NCBI RefSeq assembly: GCF_000315625.1
Contig: NW_005434512.1
Location: 45,952 to 109,951 of the forward strand
Direction: 5' to 3'
From: Guillardia theta CCMP2712
Lineage: Eukaryota > Protista > Cryptophyta
Length of the DNA: 64,000 bases
Positions 10,601 through 21,146 of this stretch are shown here, one piece after another. A model generated the notes under the pieces. The model saw only the letters and a program-made list of their open reading frames with translations, ran no database searches and was not told where the DNA came from. Position numbers and translations under genes: made by a program. Every line of letters begins with the position of its first letter. Position 1 is the stretch's first letter.

Positions 10601-13585
10601 CAGATTCTTTGTCTCCGATTCATCGTCAAGGAGTCGACGGCAGCTGTGAAGATTCTGAGAGCTTTCTGAGCTCATTTGACCCAGTATGGCAGGAGATCGA
10701 GGAGAATGGAATCTTTCAATACCTGCTGAGGTCTGTCCTGCCCCTCTCCCTCCAGTCTCACACTTGCTGCCAGCGGAGGCCGCGACGGGAAGATCAGGGC
10801 GTGGGACGCGAAACTCTCATGGCGTGAGCCGGTAGGAAGCGGATGAGGCAGGGCCAGGGCTGAGATCTTTGATGGGACAGGTGATGGAGGTGGACCTGAG
10901 GGATGTGGTCGAAGATGGCCTCGAGAGCGTCGTAGCTGTTCGCTCGCTGGACTACAACCCGAGGTTGCAGAGTGTTACAGAAGTCTGAGAGTGTAAAAGA
11001 GTTTCAAGGACAAACAAGCTGATCGCTGCTACAAGTATGAACTCAATCTTCGAGATCGACCTCTCGGTCTTGCGGGTATCTCTTGCCTTCCTTTGCTCCA
11101 CGTCTGCTCAGACATGGACTGGTAGGAGCGAGGATGGCAGTGGCCCTTCGACGCGTGCAAGAGGGTGATGAACTCTCACTTCGGAAGGTGAGGAGGAAGG
11201 AGATTGCTCCGCAGCTCACTGCTTGTTCAGTGTGGAGAGCATCGCCAGGTGGCCATCAGGTGACAAGGCAAGGCGCAAGTTTCATGCAGCCAGCACCTCG
11301 CGGGACGGGTTTGTGAGGATGTGGGACTGCGAGGCGAGGACGGAGAGGCTGAACAGATGTAAGACGAGAGAGGCTCGGCGATGCCTGACGGCTGCGACAG
11401 ACATGGGCATGCCCGGGCTGTCCATCGACGTGTCAAGTGAGTGCCTTGACGAGCCCGGGACCTCTGAGGCGCTTCAGGTGACGGGAGTCTGATCGCCGTC
11501 GGCCACCCGGGCGGTCAATTCACCGTGTGGGAAATCCATGAGGAGAGGTGAGAGCGAACCGCTTCTTCCTCCCCTTCGCCCTTCTCCTCAGTCTCCTCCT
11601 CCTCTGCTTCCTCTTGAATCGATACTTCCTCCCCTTCGCCCTCGTCCTCAGTCTCCTTCTCCTCAGTCTCCTTATCCTCTTCTTCCTCTGCTTCCTCTGC
11701 CCTAACAGCATGCGGGGCGGCTAGACTGCAGTGCATCTATCACAACCGGAGCCTTGAGATGGACTGCACGTGCTTGAAGGCAAGGGGCTCCCGCATTTGG
11801 GCTGCTACTGACGTCACTCCCACAGTTCTCGCCTGACTGTAAAATCCTTGCGGTGAAAGACTCGCGATAAGATTGAGAGGCTGAAAGGTGTCAGGTAATC
11901 TCCGGCAGAAGACAGATCCATACCTTCGACTGCATTCGATATTCTGTTCCTGCCCCTCAGGTGCCTCCCCCTCCTCCTCCTCGTCTGCTCTGACCTCTGG
12001 AAGGGTCAAGAGGAAGTGTACTTTGGAGATGGAAAGCTGAAGGAGCGGGAGAAGCAGCTGCGGGAGAAGAGACACGTGGAGTCGAAGAGTGTGTGGAAGA
12101 GGAACTGAGTTATCGCAGGTGTACATGCTCGCTCACAAGGGAAACGAGAACAAGACGGCACCTAAGTCGACCTTCTCTTGCCCTTGTTGCATCTGCCACC
12201 TGATGCCTCCAACACAGAGCTGTGAAGTTCGTGGGGAGCAAGTTGAAGCCCGAGCCCTTTGCCGCCGGGCTGATCCGAAACCCTCCGACGGGTAGACGAG
12301 GGCGACAAGGAGGAGACACTGAGATGATTCAGATGGTATCGTGCACAAGATTGGAGCGAAGCATGAAGCTCCACGTGCTGACGCGCTGAAGCGACAGCTG
12401 CCAGGTACCCTTGCTCCTCTCTGCTTCTCGTCTTCCGCCTTGAGCTTGTCGTCTCCCTCCTCTCCTTGCTCAGTATTCAAGCACCTCTGCTCCTCCGTCG
12501 GCAAGCACGCCACCACTATCACCAACATGGACTTCTCTGCTGATAGCAGACTGCTTCGAACCAGCGACAACTCAGGTTCCCTTCCCCCTGTGACTTCCAG
12601 TCCTCCATCCTCTCGCAGGAGAACTTCTGTACTGGAACGTCGCAAACTTGACCAGCATCTCCCGTGCCGGCGACCTGCGGGACGTGCGATGGGCGAACTT
12701 TTCGTAGCTCCTCCTCTGCTCTCCTCCTTCAAACCTGACACGCTTGGCAGCGTCCCCTTCATGTGGGAGCTGAAGGGGATCTGGGAGGGGAGCAGCAAAG
12801 TGAGTTCTCCCTCCCCTCTGATCAGACTGACAAGCTCCCGCAGCCCAGTAACATCTCTGTGGTCGATGCTCAGCCACAGCTGGGGGTGGCGGCCGTGGCA
12901 CTTGAGAACCACCAGGCTCGTTCGCCTCTCCTGCTGTCGCCCAGCTCACCCGCCTGCTCCAGGTCGCTCTCTGCGGCTTTCCGTGTCGTGACAAGATGGA
13001 GGAGAGGCAGCGGTACGGAGGGCATGGCTCAGGTAGGCTGGACCAGCTCCTCCGCAGCTGAAAAACAGCTGGGCAGTGATCCTGGGAATGACCTTCACCA
13101 ACGACAGCAAGTTCCTTCTGACTTGCGGGAGGTAACGAAGAGCGAATGCGCTGGCTGACTGTGACGCTGACCTCCGATAGTTTGGACAACTGCGTGCTGC
13201 AGTGGCGGGTGAAGGAGGGCAGGTCAGCCTCGACTCTTCTCATTGTCTTGTGCTCCTTGACATGACAGCAGAGAAGGGGAGGGGGGATCACACCCCTCAC
13301 GTCGGGTAAGCTTGTCCTGCTTCCTTGTTCGGAGCCCCTTCAGTCCCCTGCCGCTCTCACCTCCTCTCCTTCCATCCATTGCCGTCGTTCGCTTTCTTTT
13401 CTCGTTTCCTCTCTTCGCCTTCTCTTAAAAATTTCTCCTCCCCTCCCCTCTCCCCTCTTCTGTCTTGCTCTCATCTCTTCTCTTCCGCTGTTTGTTCTTA
13501 GAACTCCAAGGCTGAGGGAGACGGACAGGTCAACGTTCGAGCTGGAGCCTCTTCTTTCCCCATCCTCACCAGGGCGGATGACTAG
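7646..13585 (+). CDS. EMAP/EML-like WD40 (HELP-TAPE) protein with an N-terminal FHA domain, many short exons
   Basis: FHA motifs FTMGRDKGCS, GVSRHHLTIQ, HGTNGTFVNGKKI and LKDGDVIGLG (8107-8478). HELP motif PSSNLRLELDYVYSF (~8962). WD exons including KHATTITNMDFSADSRLLRTSDNSG, ELLYWNV and WELKGIWEG. Start and stop are approximate. Confidence 0.75.
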
Positions 13586-13676
13586 GAAAAGAGGGAGGGA
13601 AGGGGGATGTAGGAAACAAGAGTTCTAATGCTACATTTATGCTCATAGCTACGAGCCATCCTCTCCCCTCCTTCCT

Positions 13677-15172
13677 CTACGCGCATCCTGCAATGGTTTC
13701 AGCCAACCGCGTCACGATGAGCTGGACGGCGTCATGCTGGCGCTGCAGCTTGGCGGCGTCATCGATGAAGGAGCTGTGAAAGTTTTGAGCCTCCTGCTCT
13801 CGCGCCTCGAACACGCCCCCCAGCTGCTGCCTGACCATGTCCTTGGTCTCCACCTCGTTCTTCGCGTCGTCCCTCGCGTCATACAGCTCGACCAGCTTCT
13901 CCTCCCACTCCCTCATCGTCGCCTTGTTCTGCTCCAGCGCTGACTGCATCCCATGCATCTGCTCCTCGATCTCTTGCAGCCTCGTCGCAATCTGCTCCTG
14001 CAGCTGATGCACCACCTGCAGCATGCTCGTCGCCGTGTCGCTGCTCGAGCTCGCCAGGATGCTCTTGAACTTCTCGACTGTCTGCGCGAGCTTCGCGTTT
14101 CCTGCAGGGGGGACAAGAAGCAGAATTTTCTTCTTGGCTTCCAGCAGGACGTTAGCTGGGCTCTGCTTTGATGACGCTGACGAGAGGGTCTGGATCAGCT
14201 GAGCGACCTCGTCGAGGATCGGCTTCTCCGCCTCCAGCTGACTTCTCTCCTCGTCGTACTTGGGCTTCAGCTTCGCCAGGTTCGCTTCCCCGGTCGTCAC
14301 CGAGGATACGTACAACTGGTACTGCGACTCAGCATATGCAGCTGCTTCCGCCGCTGCCTCTTGCTTCGCAGCTGCCGTTCTGTACCCAGCCTGTGCCTCC
14401 AGCCACTTGCGCTTGGCACCTGACAATCAGCTTGAGCATCATCACAAGACTTGGCGGGCCAAACCCTCAGCAGCAAGGCTCAGTTGCTGGTCCCGCTCGT
14501 AGAGGGTACTGTTCTCTTTCTATCGAGCAGATAAGAGCGAAGGGGAGGGAGACAAGGGAGTACCGTGATGTTCGCTTGCAGCCCGATGAAGGTGTTCTCA
14601 ATCAGCTCATACTTGTCCTTCATCGCGCAGTTCGCCTCCAGCATCGTGCCTGCACTCAAAGGAACGTGACGAGATAAAGAGAGCCACTGAAGCCTCTCAC
14701 TGGCTGAGGGGCGGCGGATCAAGGAGCTGAGGAGCAACTTCGACTGCTTGGGAAACCTCTGAGACCGTCACGTCAGCCGAGTGGGGAAGAAGAGCCTCTC
14801 AAGAACGAGCCTGCAGGACTTGCTTCTCAACCTCCCTCTCCATCTCCTTCCTCGCAAACTCCTCCTCCAGCTGGTGCAGCTGCAACCCAGTCACAGACAT
14901 GATAGCTCGCAGCTCTGGTGTAAAAGAGTTGTGGGATCGTCATCCTCCTACCTTGGAGGGCCAAGTCATGACCGTCACCTGTCCTGCATAATCCACCATG
15001 TTCTTCTCCTCCATGGCAGATCCCGTCAGCATCACGATGGCTACCGTACAGGCAAGACCGCCAAGGACAAGGTTGAGCCGCTTCCATGACTTCGCTGGCG
15101 CTGCTGCTGCCGCAAGTGTGAGGGAGGAGAGGGGAAGGGCGGGGTCAGTCTTCTACCTGAAGCCGGGAGCAT
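13677..15172 (-). CDS. Signal-anchored long coiled-coil protein, uncharacterised, multi-exon
   Basis: 249-aa coiled-coil exon 13677-14426. An upstream exon reads WKRLNLVLGGLACTVAIVMLTGS (hydrophobic). Candidate ATG at 15172. Confidence 0.65.
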
Positions 15173-15597
15173 GACAAGAAGTAGCGAGACCCGAAATAGT
15201 TTGACACCTGTCAAATGAAAAAAAGGCTCCGACTCTGCCTTTTTAGTTATTACTCCGAGGCTCACGGACACCTAGCTAGCAGGCCCGCCTCACCTCGGAG
15301 ATGGAAAGTTTCACTTGCGGAGGGGTATCACATGAAGTTACTGCTGCAATCAGTTACAAGCTACAAGACATGGAGTCATGGAATGAGCTCTTGAACAGAA
15401 ACGAATGGAGTAAGTCATGCAGATTGCATCACTGTAACAAAGTTTCAGATTCGGTTTCCTGTGCCGCGCACACACGCAAGCAGGTGTAGACAGAACGAGG
15501 TGCGAAGATGCCCATCTTGTAGCAGAAAGATAGTTTACAGTAGAATGAAACATATAAGGTACTAGGATGTCCCTACAAGTAGTGGAGGAAGGATAGT

Positions 15598-16488
15598 TCA
15601 GTAGATAGACTTCCTTCGCAGTGGATAGGTGGGAGACCGTCTGAGCGGAGAGTGACGGTCGTGCTCCTCCAAGCTTCCCCATTCGTCGAAGTATCGCTCG
15701 GACGAGCTGAACGAAGTCGAAGCCAGCTCCTCAAAGCTCGGCTGCTCCAGACCCCTATGCTCGTGCACGGGCTGTGGGTGGTGCCCGGCATGCATGGCCT
15801 CCCACAAGCCCGGATGAAACATCTGGTTCCTCTCGTGCTCTACATGATCCCCAGGCAGCAGGCGGCCGAAATCCGCCATGACGTCCCATGCATCCCCGCG
15901 TCGATGAGAGGAGGCCGTCCTCTGCGGTCTGAACGGGTTGCAGTCATGCGACATGCGTCGAGGACGCATCTCAATCGGGCTGATGCTGGCGCAGTCATCG
16001 GAGGCACAAGGAGACGACATCTGCACAACCATCTGCTGCTTCGCTACAATGTTGGCGTAGAACCTGGTACCCGAAGAGCTTGGTGCCGGCGACAAGCTCG
16101 AGCTCGCCCTCCCCATCGTGTGATACATCTTGCGATGCCACGCCAGCCTCAACGGGCTCTCGGCCTCGTCCGGGGAGGAGCACGTTCGTCCTGGGCTGCA
16201 CGATGAAGGGCTTGAGGAGGCCTCTTGTCGGGCTTGAGGCTTGTGAACGTGGCTTTGGCTATGGTTGTGGCTGTGGCTGTGGCTGTGTCGAATTTCCTTT
16301 CTGTTCTTGTACGATTTCTTGATCAGTCGGAGGATCACAGTAAACATGGCCGCAACGACTGAGGCCAAAAAAAGAGAGGAGGCGAAAAATGAGTGAAGCC
16401 CTGTCTCCACCTCTCGAACCGCAGATGGCATCATCCCTCCAAACGAAAAAAGCTTGTGCGAGTGCAAACCAAGAATTGACTCGATCAT
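15598..16488 (-). CDS. Single-TM uncharacterised protein; start is probably at the downstream MMPS
   Basis: 296-aa ORF with a TM segment (FFASSLFLASVVAAMFTVIL), an HS repeat and a Ser-rich tail. Confidence 0.55.
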   Translation of the reverse strand: MIESILGLHSHKLFSFGGMMPSAVREVETGLHSFFASSLFLASVVAAMFTVILRLIKKSYKNRKEIRHSHSHSHNHSQSHVHKPQARQEASSSPSSCSPGRTCSSPDEAESPLRLAWHRKMYHTMGRASSSLSPAPSSSGTRFYANIVAKQQMVVQMSSPCASDDCASISPIEMRPRRMSHDCNPFRPQRTASSHRRGDAWDVMADFGRLLPGDHVEHERNQMFHPGLWEAMHAGHHPQPVHEHRGLEQPSFEELASTSFSSSERYFDEWGSLEEHDRHSPLRRSPTYPLRRKSIY

Positions 16489-17240
16489 TGGCTAGATTGG
16501 TAGTCCCTGGATATGAGACCAGTTGCTTGCATACACTCTAGCCCAATTTGTCGCTCACCAGCGCAGATCCGAAAACAAACTTTTGAAAATCTCAAACTCT
16601 TCTAAAACTCCTTGATGCTCGATTCCTTCGCCTTCGTATGCCTTTGAGCACTTGAGCTTGTTCTGCTCTGCTTGCCTGGGCCCTTTCCCCGGTGCCTACG
16701 CTCTTCAAGTCTGTGGTATTCTGATCTCTCTGGCGGGAACGTGTCCTCCTATCTCACACTCCGTGCTCTTCTCTTCTCGTTCGCTTCTTGCTCCTGCCCT
16801 CCGGCAACCTCTTCCTTTTCTTCCCAAACCCCTACCCCACCCCCCATGGGCTCCCTCCATGAAACACTACCCCTTCTCTTTCAGACTACCCTACCCCTCC
16901 CACTCATGGATTTTTTTTTCAGAGGGCTGGTGAGGCTTTAAGACCCCCAACTGTAAACAGAATCGTACCGGTGGTTTACAGTTCCTTCTGTCAAACCCTA
17001 CTATGACGACCACCCCTACCCCACCTGCACGATATAAGCCAACCACGATGGTCATTGAATTCTAAAAAGGATTATTCCATTGTTAGTTTGCTGCTTTATA
17101 TTATCTCTTCAATGAATTTTGTTCCTAGTTTTGAAACTTTGCAGAGATAATTTTGAGAACATTTGTGACATTGCACGCCATTTCTTCTCCTTCGACCTCT
17201 TCTCCTTACCCCTTACTCATTTTCTATCTCATTGTCAGCA

Positions 17241-17901
17241 TGGTCTCCCCATCTTTCACGTTTGGTTCCCAAAAATTCAATGAGAATCTTTAATTTTCAA
17301 ACTTTGATCGACTGTATGAAAAGAATATTGAAGCCTGAGGTGTCAGCGAGGGAGTATACAAAACGAACGAACAGGATTTTACAACGTTTCAAACCACAAC
17401 CGACCTCGTGACTTGTCAGCAGGAACACACAATCTTATGGCAACCCAACGTCGGAGATTCGAAAATAAGATCTTTCATATCAATTTCGTTGAGGATAATG
17501 ACAGGTTTTATCGTCAGCTTGTCATCACGATTCTCCATTTTTCGGAAACGACAGGGGGTACTTGAAGGTACTCGGACGTTGTGGACAAGGGTAGGGTGAC
17601 TAGCTTTTTTCGAAAAATAGGTCACGGAGAGAATCATTCAAATGTCGTGATTTCGATTATTTTTATCAGGAAAACAACGTTTGGATCGACCGGCTGCCTC
17701 CAGTGACATGGTTACAAAAGTGTGTTTTAGCATAAGCACACGAATCAGAAAACCAAATCTCAGCTTTCAAAAAGGGGATTTCTGATTTTTCAAATGTGAT
17801 GAGAATATTTGAACTTATCTCCCAATCCTGAGAGCTCTCGTTTCAAATTGAAAACGGTTCTTGGCTTTTTTTACCCAAAACCACCCCCTGGGAACGAGAC
17901 C
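17241..17901. mobile_element. Possible non-autonomous DNA element (AT-rich, with internal palindromes)
   Basis: AT-rich block bounded by TGGTCTC...GAGACCA. Internal inverted repeats at 17596-17625 and 17743-17787. No TSD identified. Confidence 0.25.
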
Positions 17902-18587
17902 ACCCTCACCCCCCAGCATAGGCATGATTAATACCACCCCTCCTACCTCAGGCCTTGCATGCGTCCCTCATCCGCCGCAGATAAAAAAGTCACGAGACCC
18001 GTAACGTGACGTCCGGCGAGCTGCCTCACCTGTCAGTGCTCACAAGTCCGCCGGCCCGGCGCGGCCTGAGGCGGGCCTCGGGTGAAAGCGGTCCGATCAG
18101 GCTCAGTTTACTCACTGAGTCAGTAGTTAGGCTCGGCTCCGAGGCTCGCCGCCGCCGACTGGCGGGGCCGGGCAGCGCACTGGCCAGGCTGCCGCGGCCC
18201 GTGGCCCCGCCGCGCTCAGCGGCCCGCTAGTGGTGACAGTGACCATCGGCTCTAGGCTCCGAATCATTGATTGCTCCGCCGGACTAGCCTTGAACGGTCA
18301 CTCACTGGCACAGCGGCACCGGGTATCAATTATCCGACTGATAGCACCGTACCGTGCGGGCAGTCACGCCACGGATTAAGGTAGTACGCGGCCCACGCCG
18401 GCCTGAGCCTCTGCAGCATGACAGTGTGATCCATCGGCAGGGTCGCCGTGCCAGAAACTCGGTGACGGTGATCGGAGAGACCGTCTCACTGTCAAGTTTA
18501 CTCGATTATCAACCCGACCATGGCCTTTGACGACCTGTGCACTCAGTCGTGATACAGACAGGGCAGGTAGACGAGTAGGAGCAAAAC

Positions 18588-19864
18588 TCATGGCAGGTGT
18601 GCGAACAGCTGCAGATGGCGTGAGGAGGGCGGGGAGGGAAGCAGCAACTCACGGATAGAAGACCACTCCCTCATCGTCCTCGATGCATCGGTTGCACTGG
18701 TGGCACCAAAGTTGTTGCTGCTCCCTGAAGGCGAAGAGGGTGTCAAACACACAAGAGGGGAGAGCGACAAGCGACCAGTTGAAGTCCTGCCTCGTTCCGA
18801 AGAGCTTTCGATTCCGAGGACGAGACACTAGAGTGCGATTCTGACGTAATCTTTTCGACTGTGATGAGCGAACATCCATTTGCCATGGCATTGAATGAGC
18901 CTGATGCCACTGATTACTCACTTGCGCAGCCTCCTCCTTCAGAGTCAACTCCTCTCCTCCTCTCTTCCCCCTTCTCAGTCACTCTGTTTTCCCTCCCTCC
19001 TCGTGTTTGCCCTCCTGCACGGATCCTCCCAGTCCGACCTTGCAGAACTGAGCTCTGCCAGTTTCCGAGTCACCAAACACGGGCCTGCAAGGTTGGCGAG
19101 CAACATCAGAACAAGGAACATGCTTCTTCTCCATCACCGCTTCGTGCAGTTGAAGAATTCGCATAGCTTGCTAACGCAATTGACTTGCCCCTCCTTCCTG
19201 TGCATTGAGCAGCGAGTAGCGATGCCCGTGTTGGGGTCCCCGAAGAAAGCTCTCTTACAGCAAGAGGCCTCGCCCTCCTCACAGAGGCGATACTTCCTGA
19301 CAAGCAAGAATGAGCGGGAGCAGACAGACGATCCTTCCTTGCATACAGCGAGACTTCGTCGTCCGTCTTGTGCAGGTGGCAGTGCCGGCGGGTTCGCGTG
19401 AATCTACTCCCATAGGCCGCTGTCAGGTTGCATCCCACCCTCGCGCATCTTCCCTTTGGATGATCGCTCCGTCGTTTTGACCTCAACAGTACATGCCCGT
19501 CTAGCTGATGCAGAGAGCAGGCCTGCAATACTCCTCCCTCATACCCAAAGGCAGCGAGGGAGGAGCAGCCCGGGACGCAGCACCTGACGTTCACCATGTC
19601 CTTATCTGCGACCCATCGGTCACTCCTCTCAGCTCCATCTCCCTACCTCTGATCACCTGTCGGCAGCCGATGCTGAGCACAGTAGACCCTCTGCTTGCTG
19701 ACCTCGAACTCGAAGAATTCCCCAAATGTCGATGGCCCGTACTGAGCCAACTTCCTGCAGCCTTCTGCACGACAATGGGAAGGAGCCAGCGCTTTGTGGA
19801 AGAGAACGAAGAGGAGGTGAAACAAGAGGGGACGATGTATTGATCCTCGATTATCTTGAGACAT
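18588..19864 (-). CDS. EsV-1-7-type cysteine-rich repeat protein, multi-exon
   Basis: Repeats of C-x3-GC-x3-A-x-[FY]G-...-C-x2-H, e.g. CRAEGCRKLAQYG..YCAQH, CCVPGCSSLAAFGYEGGVLQACSLH and CARVGCNLTAAYG..HCHLH. Confidence 0.7.
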
Positions 19865-21146
19865 GAGAGTTCAATCACAACATGCCTCAAGTCTCATCAA
19901 GAGAGAGTATGAAGGCAGTCGATTTGGCCGCAGGATTCCATTTCCAAGGAACGCAGATCACAAATTGTATGGAGCAGTTGCAACCATATCAAAATAGGTG
20001 AAAGATGATGAGAATTTCTTGTAATGACCATAAACTGAGTCTCTACATGCTGGGAAGACCCTCAAACATTCAAGTAACTGTTCCACCAAATGATGTACCA
20101 ACCTAGCAGCGCATGCTTGCTCCCTCTTCTTCCTTCACCTCTTATCTCTCCCTCTTCCTTCTTCCGACTCTCTCCTCTTCCCTCTCAGCTTTCCCCTTCA
20201 TCCCCTCTCCCCCTCCTGCTTCCTCCTTCATGAATTGCCATCGGTCGCATTCTTATTGCACCCTACCCCTGCCATTCCCTCAGCTATCACCCCACCCCCT
20301 GAGACCCACTTTCCCAGCAAATACCCCCTTTGCAACCCGTCACTTCTCACCCCAAGCATTCAGATAGAAAATAGCCTGGATGGAGGGGTGGGTAGTCACC
20401 CCCACCCCCTTCATGGCCATGCAGACACCTATTCCATGCTCCGTCACCCACCCCCTAAATATGGAGGAATACTCGGAGCAAGAGGGGGTGCTTACCGAGC
20501 GTCATTCCAACCAGCAATGGGGACTATTTGGATCTTTGAGGGTCCCTTATGTTTTAGTACCCCTTATAATTACCAAAAGTACCCACCCATTCGACTTCAT
20601 TTTGATGACCCCTGGGATTTGTACCCCTTCCCACACTACCCACCCCAACATCCCTACACAGCGCTCTAATTGTCATTGCCGCACAGCTCCCTATGCATGG
20701 AAATTTTATGCCAAGGAGGAGAGGACGAGGAAGAGGACGAGGACGAGGACATGGAGATAGACTAGGAAGAGGACGACAATGTCCACATGGATCAGGAAGA
20801 GGAAGAGGAGAATGAGGTGAAGGTGAAGGTAAGAGGGACCGGACGAAGGAGGTAAAAGGCGAAACAAGTACCGGAGATCAAACATGTGATAGAGGTCAGG
20901 TGCACAGAATGAAAAGGTCAGATGAAAGCCACTTTTCTTCCTATGAAAGCTTGCTGACCTCCTAGATGTCGTCTAACAACACCTTAAGACTTCAAGGCTT
21001 GTTTGTTGCTGATAGTGCTCAAACAGGATGCAGTCTTGGTAGCAGATCGCCTCAAGCAGCGTCAAACACCTCAGCCAAGAACTTCTTCATGTCTGCATGA
21101 ACCTCTTCCTTGCTCAAAGTCACGGGAGATCTTTCAAACTTCCAGC

